DNA of 15,157 nucleotides from Candidatus Fervidifonticultor quintus. Its GTDB lineage: Bacteria > Sysuimicrobiota > Sysuimicrobiia > Sysuimicrobiales > Humicultoraceae. Each line of letters starts with the position of its first letter. The stretch's first letter is position 1. The notes beneath the pieces were generated by a model, which did not search any database, was not told the DNA's origin, and saw only the letters and a program-made list of their open reading frames with translations. Position numbers and translations under genes: made by a program. Positions 1 through 7,677 of this stretch are shown one piece after another. The stretch spans positions 1 through 15,157 of the forward strand of contig JAVKIJ010000078.1 in assembly GCA_031459535.1 (NCBI GenBank), written 5' to 3'.

Positions 1-248
1 CCATCGGGGCGAGGCCAAAGTCAACTGGGTCTTTGTCTTCACCACCGCCGTCTACAATCTGATCCGCATCCGCACCATCAGCGCGGCCCTGACATGAAGG
101 ACGCAGCCCCCGGCCGAGGGGGACGAAAGCAACAGAGCACCGCCAGACGGCTGGAGGAGAGAGGCTCGGCCAGCCCGTAGAAGGAAAGCCAGAGGTCGGA
201 GTGAGCATCATGCTGTGCATTAACATTCGAATTTCAGCATCCTGCTAG
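1..248 (+). mobile_element. Right end of an IS5-like insertion sequence: putative terminal inverted repeat at ~229-244 followed by a CTAG target site at 245-248
   Basis: The transposase tail is followed ~130 nt later by TTTCAGCATCCTG|CTAG, resembling the TTCAGCAGCCTG-CTAG ends of this IS group. The left end is outside the window, so the repeat pair and target duplication cannot be confirmed. Confidence 0.65.
2..97 (+). CDS. C-terminal fragment of an IS5-like (IS5/IS1182-type DDE) transposase, 5'-truncated by the window edge
   Basis: Manual translation from position 2 gives HRGEAKVNWVFVFTTAVYNLIRIRTISAALT*, matching the (R)HRG..V.W.F....YNL.R C-terminus typical of IS5-group transposases. Not in the ORF track. 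Confidence 0.75.
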   Translation, partial: HRGEAKVNWVFVFTTAVYNLIRIRTISAALT

Positions 249-309
249 GCAACTCTCGGCGTTGGCGTGCCAACCTCCGCCTGTGCGACGGGTGTGAAGG
301 CTTGTGGAG

Positions 310-2412
310 ATGATGGTGCTCGGGCGGGCTCGCATAGAGTCTTGGCTTCGAAGCGTGCTCCCGTCGGGCACCAAGCGTTGGATCAAGCGGACAATATTCC
401 GCACTCCTCCAGACCCCTGGAAGCGCCCGCCTCAGTGGAGACCGTTTGAGGTTGTCCCTGCTACCGGGGGCGCTGTCGCTCCTTCAGCCCCACGGCATCC
501 GGACGTGCTCCTGTTTTCCGCCATCGACTGGAGTACCCGCATTCAACGCCCTCAGCACCTGGCTTCGCGGTTTGCCGCAAACGGCCACCGCGTCTTCTAC
601 GTCAACCCGTCCTTTGCTCCTTCGGACCAAGCCAGGGGAGCCGGCGCGGTTGTGAACGACATTGCCCCCCGTCTCTTCCAAGTGTGGTTGCGTGCCCCGG
701 CTTGGGTCAGCGCGTACCGGCAGGCGATGGACGACGCACTGCTTGCGCGCTTTCTCGGCGCACTTTCGGTATTGGAGGAAGAACAGGGTATCACGACCGG
801 CATCCTGTTTGTCCAACTGCCGTTCTGGACGCCTCTGGTCCTGGCCCTGCGCGAACGGAAGGGGTGGAAGCTCGTATACGACTGCATGGACCTCCACAGT
901 GGTTTTGCGACCAATGAGGCTACCATGTGGACCCAGGAGGGCCGATTGGCCACGGCCAGCGACCTCATTGTGACGAGTTCCCGCCTCCTTCGAGCCAAGA
1001 TGGCTGCCCTGAACCCCCGCACTCTCTTGGTGCCCAATGCAGCGGAATTTGCAAGGTTTCATGGCTTTACGGGTGAAGCACCGGATGCTCTCCGCGGGTT
1101 GCAGAGGCCCATCATTGGCTATGTGGGCGCCGTCGCGGCGTGGTTTGATGCGCGGCTTCTTGCTGATGTGGCTCGGGCGCGGCCGGACTGGACCTTTGTC
1201 CTTGTGGGCGGTACTGATACTGCCGACCTTAACCCCCTTCGCGGCCTTCGGAACGTGGTGCTCACCGGTGAGAAGGCTTATGAGGAGGTGCCGGGGTACC
1301 TGTACACATTCGACGTGTGTGTGATACCGTTCCGCCGCCTTCCGCTCACCGACGCAACGAACCCGGTGAAGTTCTACGAGTATCTGAGCGCAGGGAAGCC
1401 GGTAGTTGCGGTTCCGTTACCAGAACTGGAGCCCTATGCTGCGGCCGGTTTAGTCTACTTGGCCGAGGGCCCAGGGGCGTTCACCGCCGCGATTGAACGT
1501 GCCTTGTCTGACAACTCGCCAGAACGCAGACGACAGCGCCTGGATTTCGCCCGTCGGCATACCTGGGATGATCGCTTTCGCTCGTTGAGCCGAGCGATCG
1601 CCTCAGTCTATCCTAGGGTGACCGTCATCATCCCCACCATGGACAACCTGCCCCTTCTGAGGCTGTGCCTCGATGGACTTCTTCGAAACACCGCCTGGCC
1701 CAACTATTCGGTCGTCGTCGTCGACAACGGCTCCAATGACGGGACCGTCACCTACCTGAAGGAGTTGGCTGAGCAGTTCTGCCACATCCAATACATCTCG
1801 AGCGAATTCAACGAAGGGTTCGCTGGCGCTGTCAATCGGGGCATCACCTCTTCTTGGGGTGAGTACGTGGTCCCGCTCAACGATGACACCATTGTCACAG
1901 AGGGATGGCTGGAGGCCTTGCTCCGTCACCTGGAGGCCGGTCGTGACGTGGGGATGGTTGGTCCGGTGACGAATGAAGCCGGCAACGAGGCGAAGATAGC
2001 CACGGCGTACAGCAATGTCACCGAGATGGAGGCATTTGCCAGGAAGTATGTCAGGGCCCACGCTGGTCGCGCGTTTGAGGTCCCTGTGCTGGGCTTCTTT
2101 TGTGTGGCGATTCCGCGCCGTGTCCTCGATGCCGTGGGCCTCCTCGACGAACGGTTCGGCGTAGGCATGTTTGAGGACGACGACCTGTGTCACCGCGTGC
2201 GTCTCGCAGGCTACCGGCTCTTGTGCGCGGAGGACGCGTTTGTTCATCACTTCCACAGCGCCACATTTCGCCGACTGCCTGAAGAGGAGTATTGGCGCAC
2301 TTTTGAGGCGAACCGCACCGGGTTCGAGCGCAAGTGGAATCTCCGATGGGTACCACACCAGTACCGTGCACGCCATGAAGGCAACCCCGCTGCGGTGGGA
2401 GCGACCCAATGA
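310..2412 (+). CDS. Two-domain glycosyltransferase (N-terminal GT-B/GT4-like domain plus C-terminal GT-A/GT2 domain)
   Basis: N-half has IDW..RIQRPQHLA, YDCMD, VPNAAEF, IGYVGA...WFD and NPVKFYEYLSAGKPVVA. C-half has VTVIIPT, VVVDNGSNDGT, NEGFAGAVNRG, LNDD, LDERFGVGMFEDDDLC and FVHH. Start is ambiguous (GTG 304, ATG 310 or ATG 313). Confidence 0.9.
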   Translation: MMVLGRARIESWLRSVLPSGTKRWIKRTIFRTPPDPWKRPPQWRPFEVVPATGGAVAPSAPRHPDVLLFSAIDWSTRIQRPQHLASRFAANGHRVFYVNPSFAPSDQARGAGAVVNDIAPRLFQVWLRAPAWVSAYRQAMDDALLARFLGALSVLEEEQGITTGILFVQLPFWTPLVLALRERKGWKLVYDCMDLHSGFATNEATMWTQEGRLATASDLIVTSSRLLRAKMAALNPRTLLVPNAAEFARFHGFTGEAPDALRGLQRPIIGYVGAVAAWFDARLLADVARARPDWTFVLVGGTDTADLNPLRGLRNVVLTGEKAYEEVPGYLYTFDVCVIPFRRLPLTDATNPVKFYEYLSAGKPVVAVPLPELEPYAAAGLVYLAEGPGAFTAAIERALSDNSPERRRQRLDFARRHTWDDRFRSLSRAIASVYPRVTVIIPTMDNLPLLRLCLDGLLRNTAWPNYSVVVVDNGSNDGTVTYLKELAEQFCHIQYISSEFNEGFAGAVNRGITSSWGEYVVPLNDDTIVTEGWLEALLRHLEAGRDVGMVGPVTNEAGNEAKIATAYSNVTEMEAFARKYVRAHAGRAFEVPVLGFFCVAIPRRVLDAVGLLDERFGVGMFEDDDLCHRVRLAGYRLLCAEDAFVHHFHSATFRRLPEEEYWRTFEANRTGFERKWNLRWVPHQYRARHEGNPAAVGATQ

Positions 2413-3266
2413 GAGTTGTCGTCTTGGGGGCCGGCGGGCAGCTGGGGCGCGAAGTCACGGAGGCCTTTCGCCGGGACGACGTCATCGGCCTGAGCAGGTT
2501 GGAGCTCGACATTTGTGACTTTGGATATGCCCGTCGGGTGCTGACGGATCTCCGTCCTGATGTGGTTGTCAACGCCGCGGCGTTCACGCGGGTGGACCAG
2601 TGCGAGGTTGAGCCGGGGCGCGCGTTCTGGGTGAATGCGTTTGCGGTTCGGAACCTGGCCGCGGTCTGTGCTGAACTGAGCGCGGCGCTTGTCCACGTGA
2701 GTACGGGATATGTCTTTGATGGACACAAGATGACGCCCTACGTGGAGGACGACCTGCCTGCGCCGCTCTCGGTTTACGGGGTCTCAAAGCTGGCGGGCGA
2801 GCACTTTGCGCGGAGCCTGGCTCCACGACACCTGATCGTCCGCACCTCGGGCCTCTACGGCGAGTCGGCGTCAGGCAGGCATGCAAACTTCGTCGAGAAG
2901 ATGTTGCGCCTGGCGGATGCAGGGCACCCCATCCGCGCTGTGGCGGATCAGGTGCTGACACCTAGTTCGGCCACGGATGTCGCTGCCAAGATTGCCGAAC
3001 TGGTCCGCCGTGAGTGCAGTGGCCTGTACCACGTGACCAATACCGGACAGTGTTCGTGGTTCGAGTTTGCGGCGGAGATCTTCCGGCTGACGGGCCTCAC
3101 CCCAGAACTGGTTCCCGTAAGCTCGGACGAGTGCGACGCTCGGGCCCGCCGGCCCAGGTACTCGGTCCTGGCGCACAAACGGCTGGTTGAGTCGGGTCTC
3201 GACGACCTTCCGCCTTGGCAGGAGGCACTGGCGCGGTACCTGCGCGCCCGAGGAAATCTGACATAG
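2409..3266 (+). CDS. rfbD: dTDP-4-dehydrorhamnose reductase (RmlD/RfbD, extended SDR)
   Basis: Motifs GAGGQLG, NAAAFTRVDQCE, HVSTGYVFDG, catalytic YGVSK, DQ..TP, G.YH.TN.G.CSWFEFA and RRPRYSVL. ATGA overlap with the upstream gene. Confidence 0.9.
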   Translation: MRVVVLGAGGQLGREVTEAFRRDDVIGLSRLELDICDFGYARRVLTDLRPDVVVNAAAFTRVDQCEVEPGRAFWVNAFAVRNLAAVCAELSAALVHVSTGYVFDGHKMTPYVEDDLPAPLSVYGVSKLAGEHFARSLAPRHLIVRTSGLYGESASGRHANFVEKMLRLADAGHPIRAVADQVLTPSSATDVAAKIAELVRRECSGLYHVTNTGQCSWFEFAAEIFRLTGLTPELVPVSSDECDARARRPRYSVLAHKRLVESGLDDLPPWQEALARYLRARGNLT

Positions 3267-3321
3267 CCAGCCGCTGGCGACCGGGCGTCTCCGTGGGCAC
3301 ACGTCGCCATTCCCGCCCACC

Positions 3322-4482
3322 ATGCGCATCCTCCTCTCCTACGTAGTCGTCGGCCGGGGCGGCGACGCCGTCCAGATGCTGGCCCTCGCCCGCGCCATGC
3401 GCGACCGCGGCCACACCGTGGCCATGGCCGGTGGGCACGAGCTGGCGCCGTACGCGTTTGCGACCCCGGGTTCGCGCCTGCGGGCAGTGGCCCGACGGCT
3501 GCCATGGTGGACGAAGGACATACTGGAGCTGGGCCTGGGTCTGGCCGCCGCCCGGCGCGCCGCGCGCGCCTGTCGGACGGTGCGTCCCGATCTCATCGTG
3601 CATCGTCCTGGCCTCTATGACGCGGTGATCTCGCAACTGGCCGACCGCTGGCGGATACCGCTGGCACTCTACCTGGACTCTCACGTGGAGGCCGAGCGGG
3701 CGTTCCGCAGGCAGCGGTACTGGCGCGCCCTCCACCGGCGTGCGATGTGGACGCTGGCGCAGCGGGCCACGGTGGCGGTGGTGCCCTCGCGGGCCGTGGC
3801 CGAGTACTACGCCCGACTCGGCATCGCCCAACACAAGATTGAGGTAGCGCGCAATGCGGTGAGCGAGCGTCACCTGCAATGGGGCGCTGACCCCGCGGTC
3901 GCACCGCCTCCCCTTACGGATCCTGACCGGTGCGCTGTCGGGTTCGTGGGGAGCCTCTCACGCTGGCACCGCGTGGACCTGTTGCTGGACGCCCTGGCGC
4001 TCCTGGTGCGAGGGCAGATCGGAGCACGCCGGCGCTATGAGCTCGTCGTCGTCGGGCATGGGGAGGAAGCTCACGCACTGGAGGCGCGGGTGGCAGCGTG
4101 GGGGCTGGGGGCGGTGGTGAACTGGCGGGGGCCGATGGGGCACGATGATGCCGTGCGCGCTGCGGGGACGTTTGACGTGGCCGTGCTTCCGGACACGCTG
4201 GACACCGGCGCGCCGATGAAGCTTGCGGAGTACGCGGCGATGGGACGCCCCATGGTCGCGCCCGACCGTCCCAACATCCGCGAACTGTTCGTCCCGGGCC
4301 AGGAGATTACCCTGGTGCCGCCGGGCGACGCCCGCGCGTTGGCGGAAGCGATCTGGGCGCTGGCGCAGGATCCCGAGGCCGCGCGGCGGATGGCAGCCGC
4401 GGCTCGGGCGCGGGTGCTCGGGTGCACGTGGGAGGCCCTGGTCGATCTGCTGGTGGCCCGCGCAACGGCGTCGCCGCCTTGA
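3322..4482 (+). CDS. Family 4 (GT-B) glycosyltransferase
   Basis: Motifs VGFVGSLSRWHRVDLLLDA, LVVVGHG, PMKLAEYAAMGRPMVA and LVPPGDARALAEAI. Confidence 0.88.
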   Translation: MRILLSYVVVGRGGDAVQMLALARAMRDRGHTVAMAGGHELAPYAFATPGSRLRAVARRLPWWTKDILELGLGLAAARRAARACRTVRPDLIVHRPGLYDAVISQLADRWRIPLALYLDSHVEAERAFRRQRYWRALHRRAMWTLAQRATVAVVPSRAVAEYYARLGIAQHKIEVARNAVSERHLQWGADPAVAPPPLTDPDRCAVGFVGSLSRWHRVDLLLDALALLVRGQIGARRRYELVVVGHGEEAHALEARVAAWGLGAVVNWRGPMGHDDAVRAAGTFDVAVLPDTLDTGAPMKLAEYAAMGRPMVAPDRPNIRELFVPGQEITLVPPGDARALAEAIWALAQDPEAARRMAAAARARVLGCTWEALVDLLVARATASPP

Positions 4483-4508
4483 CAGTGGCGCAGCGCCCAT
4501 ATTAGACT
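4479..4508 (+). promoter_or_regulatory. Sigma70-type promoter for the rplM-rpsI operon
   Basis: TTGACA (4479-4484, overlapping the GT4 stop codon), 18-nt spacer, TAGACT (4503-4508), ~80 nt upstream of the rplM ATG. Confidence 0.8.
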
Positions 4509-4514
4509 ACCCCG

Positions 4515-4586
4515 TGGCTCGCTCGCCGGGTGACCGCGTGGTCCCCGGCGTTCTTGACGCCATGCGCCGGTGTCAGAGAGGACTCC
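4515..4586 (+). promoter_or_regulatory. Structured rplM 5' leader, candidate L13-type autoregulatory element
   Basis: Hairpin 4524-4550 (CGCCGGG-T-GACC-gcgt-GGTC-CCCGGCG) and hairpin 4555-4575 (TGACGCC/GGTGTCA) abutting the SD-like GAGAGGA at 4576-4582. Confidence 0.4.
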
Positions 4587-5015
4587 ATGAAGACCTACGT
4601 GCCAACCGCTGCCGAGGTCAAGCCTCGGTGGCACGTCATCGATGCCGATGGGAAGGTGCTCGGCCGGCTGGCCGCCAGGGTGGCGACGCTGTTGCGGGGC
4701 AAGCACAAGCCCACGTACCAGCCGCACATGGACACCGGCGACTTCGTCATCGTCGTCAACGCGGCCGGCGTCCGCCTGACGGGGCGCAAGCGACACCAGA
4801 AGGAGCTGATCCGGCACTCCGGTTTTCCAGGAGGCCTCAAGCGCATCCCCTACGACGTGCTGCTCAAGACGCATCCCGAGCGGGTGATCACCGAGGCGGT
4901 GCGGGGGATGCTGCCCAAGACCCGTCAGGGCCGCATGCTGGTCAAGAAGTTGAAGGTCTATCGGGGCGCCCAGCATCCACACCAGGCCCAGCAGCCGACG
5001 GTACTGGAGCTGTAA
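4587..5015 (+). CDS. rplM: 50S ribosomal protein L13
   Basis: MKTYVP...[15 protein letters not shown]...[24 protein letters not shown]...VRGMLPK...[17 protein letters not shown]. True start is ATG 4587 after GAGAGGA, not the ORF-track start at 4530. Confidence 0.98.
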   Translation: MKTYVPTAAEVKPRWHVIDADGKVLGRLAARVATLLRGKHKPTYQPHMDTGDFVIVVNAAGVRLTGRKRHQKELIRHSGFPGGLKRIPYDVLLKTHPERVITEAVRGMLPKTRQGRMLVKKLKVYRGAQHPHQAQQPTVLEL

Positions 5016-5055
5016 GCCCGGCCAGGTCGAGTAGCGCGAGAGCGAGGGATTGGAC

Positions 5056-5454
5056 GTGGCAGCGACGCAGGTGCTGGCTCTAACATCGGGTAGCCGGAAA
5101 GAGGCGATCGCCCGCGTGAGGCTTGTGGCGGGCAGCGGAACCATTACGATCAACAACAGGCCGCTGGAAGCGTACTTCACCACCGCGCCTCTCCAGACCC
5201 TGGTGCGCCAGCCGCTGGTCGCGACCGGCGCCGACGCCCGCTTCGACGTCATCGCCACCGTCTCAGGTGGCGGCATCTCCGGGCAGGCTGGAGCGGTCCG
5301 ACACGGGATCGCTCGGGCCCTGCTGACGACCGACGAAGGGCTGCGTCCGGCCCTGCGCGCGGGCGGGTTCCTGACCCGCGATCCTCGGGAGAAGGAACGC
5401 AAGAAGTACGGGCGCAAGCGGGCGCGCAAGGGCTTCCAGTACAGCAAGCGCTAG
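5056..5454 (+). CDS. rpsI: 30S ribosomal protein S9
   Basis: [45 protein letters not shown]...[13 protein letters not shown] 5056 has the better spacing from GAGGG (5044-5048); TTG 5050 is the alternative. Confidence 0.98.
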   Translation: MAATQVLALTSGSRKEAIARVRLVAGSGTITINNRPLEAYFTTAPLQTLVRQPLVATGADARFDVIATVSGGGISGQAGAVRHGIARALLTTDEGLRPALRAGGFLTRDPREKERKKYGRKRARKGFQYSKR

Positions 5455-5462
5455 GTTTCGGC

Positions 5463-5522
5463 AACGCGGATGGGCCGCACGCGCGTGGCGACTCTCAGGC
5501 GCGGGCGGCCCCGGCGTTTCTT
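5463..5522 (+). terminator. Long imperfect GC-rich hairpin after rpsI (weak terminator or processing/stability element)
   Basis: Pairings AACGC 5463-5467/GCGTT 5514-5518, GGGCCGC 5472-5478/GCGGCCC 5505-5511 and CGCGC 5480-5484/GCGCG 5499-5503. Only a short TTTCTT tail. Confidence 0.4.
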
Positions 5523-5533
5523 GAGGAGGGCAT

Positions 5534-6460
5534 ATGCGACTGTCCGGCCGTGACTACCTGTCTGTCGACGACTTGGCGCCCGACGAGCTGTGGGGCGTGC
5601 TCGAGTTCGCGCGCCACCTCAAGGCGCGGGCTGCAGCGGGTGACCGGCCGCCGCTACTGGCGGGCAAGACGCTGGCCATGGTCTTCGAGAAACCGTCGCT
5701 GCGCACCCGCGTCAGCTTCGAGGTGGGCATGTTCCAGCTCGGTGGCATGGCGGTCTACCTGGGGCCCCAGGATATCCAACTGGGCGTGCGCGAGTCGGTG
5801 GCCGACGCGGCCCGCAATCTTGAGCGCATGGCCGACGGGATCATGGCCCGCACGTTCGCCCACGCCACGGTCGTCGGCCTGGCCGAGAGCGCGGGTTGCC
5901 CGGTCATCAACGGTCTGTCTGACCTCGAACATCCATGCCAGGCCCTGGGGGACCTCCTGACCATCATCGAGCGCTTTCCCCGCCTTTCGGACGTGCGGAT
6001 CGCCTGGGTCGGTGATGGCAACAACGTCTGCCACTCGCTGATCCTGGGCGCGGCCAAACTCGGGTTGGCCCTGACGGTGGCGACCCCGCCGGGCTACGCG
6101 CCGTCCGAGTCCATCGTGGCCCGGGCGCGGGCCATCGCATCCACGACCGGCGCGGAGCTGGCACTCACCACAGATCCCGGCGGGGCTGTCCAAGACGCCG
6201 ATGTGGTGTACACCGACGTGTGGGCCAGCATGGGTCAGGAGGCCGAGCGCGAGGAGCGGGCCAGGATCTTCCGGCCCTATCAGGTCAACGCCACCCTCCT
6301 GGCGCGGGCCCGGCTCACCACGGTGGTGATGCACTGCCTGCCGGCCCACCGCGGAGAAGAGATTACCGACGACGTGCTCGACGGTCCCCGCTCCATCGTC
6401 TACGATCAGGCTGAGAACCGTCTGCATGCACAGAAGGCCTTGTTGGCCATGATCCTATAG
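5534..6460 (+). CDS. argF: Ornithine carbamoyltransferase
   Basis: Motifs [46 protein letters not shown] and QAENRLH. Strong SD GAGGAGG upstream. Confidence 0.97.
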   Translation: MRLSGRDYLSVDDLAPDELWGVLEFARHLKARAAAGDRPPLLAGKTLAMVFEKPSLRTRVSFEVGMFQLGGMAVYLGPQDIQLGVRESVADAARNLERMADGIMARTFAHATVVGLAESAGCPVINGLSDLEHPCQALGDLLTIIERFPRLSDVRIAWVGDGNNVCHSLILGAAKLGLALTVATPPGYAPSESIVARARAIASTTGAELALTTDPGGAVQDADVVYTDVWASMGQEAEREERARIFRPYQVNATLLARARLTTVVMHCLPAHRGEEITDDVLDGPRSIVYDQAENRLHAQKALLAMIL

Positions 6461-6466
6461 AGGGCC

Positions 6467-7273
6467 ATGCCGATTCGACCGGTTGACCTGCTGGACATCG
6501 CCATCGTCACCATCCTGGTCTATCAGGTCCTGCTCCTGGTGCGCGGGACCCGTGCGGTCCAGCTGACCATCGGGATCGCGGTCCTCGTGTTAGTCTACGT
6601 CGCCAGCCGTATCTTCAAGCTGAGCACGCTGCAGTGGGTGCTCTCGGGCCTCCCGGTGGCGATCCCCCTGGCCCTGCTCGTCATCTTCCAGCCCGAGCTC
6701 CGGCGCATGCTGGAGCAACTGGGTCGCGGCGGCGTATTTGCCGCCGGGTTCGGGCAGAGCCTGGGACGGGAAGAGACGATCCGGCTGGTCAACGATGTGG
6801 CCCGGGCGTGCCGCATCCTGTCCGGTCGCCGCACCGGCGCCCTGATCGTGCTCGAACGCCGCACCGGGCTCAACGACGTCATCGAGTCCGGTATCAAGGT
6901 CGATGCGCTGGTGACGGTGCAGTTGCTCATCACCACGTTCTTCCCCAACACGCCGCTGCACGACGGCGCGGTGGTCATCCGCGGGAACCGCCTGATGGCC
7001 GCGGGCTGCCTGCTGCCGCTCAGCGAGAACCCCAACCTCTCACGCACGCTAGGCACCCGACACCGCGCGGCGCTGGGGATCAGCGAGGTGACCGATGCCG
7101 TGGCGGTGGTCGTGTCCGAGGAGACCGGTGGCATCTCGGTGGCCAGCGAGGGCCGTCTCTTGCGCGGGCTCAGCGAGGAAGAGCTGAAGGTGACCCTCCT
7201 CGATCTGCTCGCGCAGGGAGGGACCCGGGGCGCGGCAATCTGGCCGTGGCGGCGCACGCAGCCCACCGCATGA
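6467..7273 (+). CDS. cdaA: Membrane-bound diadenylate cyclase CdaA/DacA
   Basis: Three N-terminal hydrophobic segments, IFQPELRR.LE.LG, and DAC catalytic motifs PLHDGA, LGTRHRAA and VSEETG. Confidence 0.95.
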   Translation: MPIRPVDLLDIAIVTILVYQVLLLVRGTRAVQLTIGIAVLVLVYVASRIFKLSTLQWVLSGLPVAIPLALLVIFQPELRRMLEQLGRGGVFAAGFGQSLGREETIRLVNDVARACRILSGRRTGALIVLERRTGLNDVIESGIKVDALVTVQLLITTFFPNTPLHDGAVVIRGNRLMAAGCLLPLSENPNLSRTLGTRHRAALGISEVTDAVAVVVSEETGGISVASEGRLLRGLSEEELKVTLLDLLAQGGTRGAAIWPWRRTQPTA

Positions 7274-7671
7274 GGGCGTGGTTGGGCGCGTTCCTCTCAG
7301 AGCGCGCCCGGCTCCTGTTGCTGTCCCTGGGCATCGCCGTGGCCCTGTGGTTCTATGTGGGGTCCACCGGCCGGCCGCCCCGGGAGGGTGCGCCGGTCGC
7401 TGCGCTGCGCCTCTACAACGTGGAGGTGACGTTTGTCGGGCTCGATGAGGGGGTCAAGGCCGTTGCCGCGCCTGCCGCCGTGGACATCGAGATGCGATGG
7501 CCCGCGACTGAAGTGCTGGCCGTGCGCCCAACCGACGTCCGCGCGGTGGCCGACCTGACCGCGCTTCAGCCGGGCTTCCACCGCGTCAGCCTGCGCATCC
7601 AGGTTCCTGCTGGCGTCACATCGGTGCAGGCCAGCCCGCCGGAAGTGCTGGTGACCCTCTCGAGGCCCTGA
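7270..7671 (+). CDS. cdaR: Short CdaR/YbbR-like regulator of CdaA (one TM helix plus about one YbbR domain, 133 aa)
   Basis: ATG 7270 overlaps the cdaA stop (ATGA). N-terminus LLLSLGIAVALWFYV, C-terminus VRAVADLTALQPGFHRVSLRIQVPAGV...PPEVLVTL is YbbR-like. Lies between cdaA and glmM. Corresponds to the 3' part of track ORF 6634..7671. Confidence 0.8.
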   Translation: MRAWLGAFLSERARLLLLSLGIAVALWFYVGSTGRPPREGAPVAALRLYNVEVTFVGLDEGVKAVAAPAAVDIEMRWPATEVLAVRPTDVRAVADLTALQPGFHRVSLRIQVPAGVTSVQASPPEVLVTLSRP

Positions 7672-7677
7672 TGAGAC

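Noticed and set aside
198-226. Outward-facing IS promoter (TAACAT 221-226)
   Set aside because: No matching -35 at a suitable spacing.
4530-4586. N-terminal extension of L13
   Set aside because: Homology begins at MKTY (4587), which has its own SD. The extension is the structured leader.
4071-5447. 458-aa minus-strand ORF, and the other long antisense ORFs such as 7963..9036, 12751..13644 and 14329..15075
   Set aside because: They are antisense shadows of well-supported plus-strand genes in high-GC DNA and have no recognisable motifs.
6634-7269. 345-aa ORF overlapping cdaA
   Set aside because: Only the part from ATG 7270 looks like a protein (CdaR). The upstream part is off-frame, Arg/Pro/Gly-rich shadow sequence.
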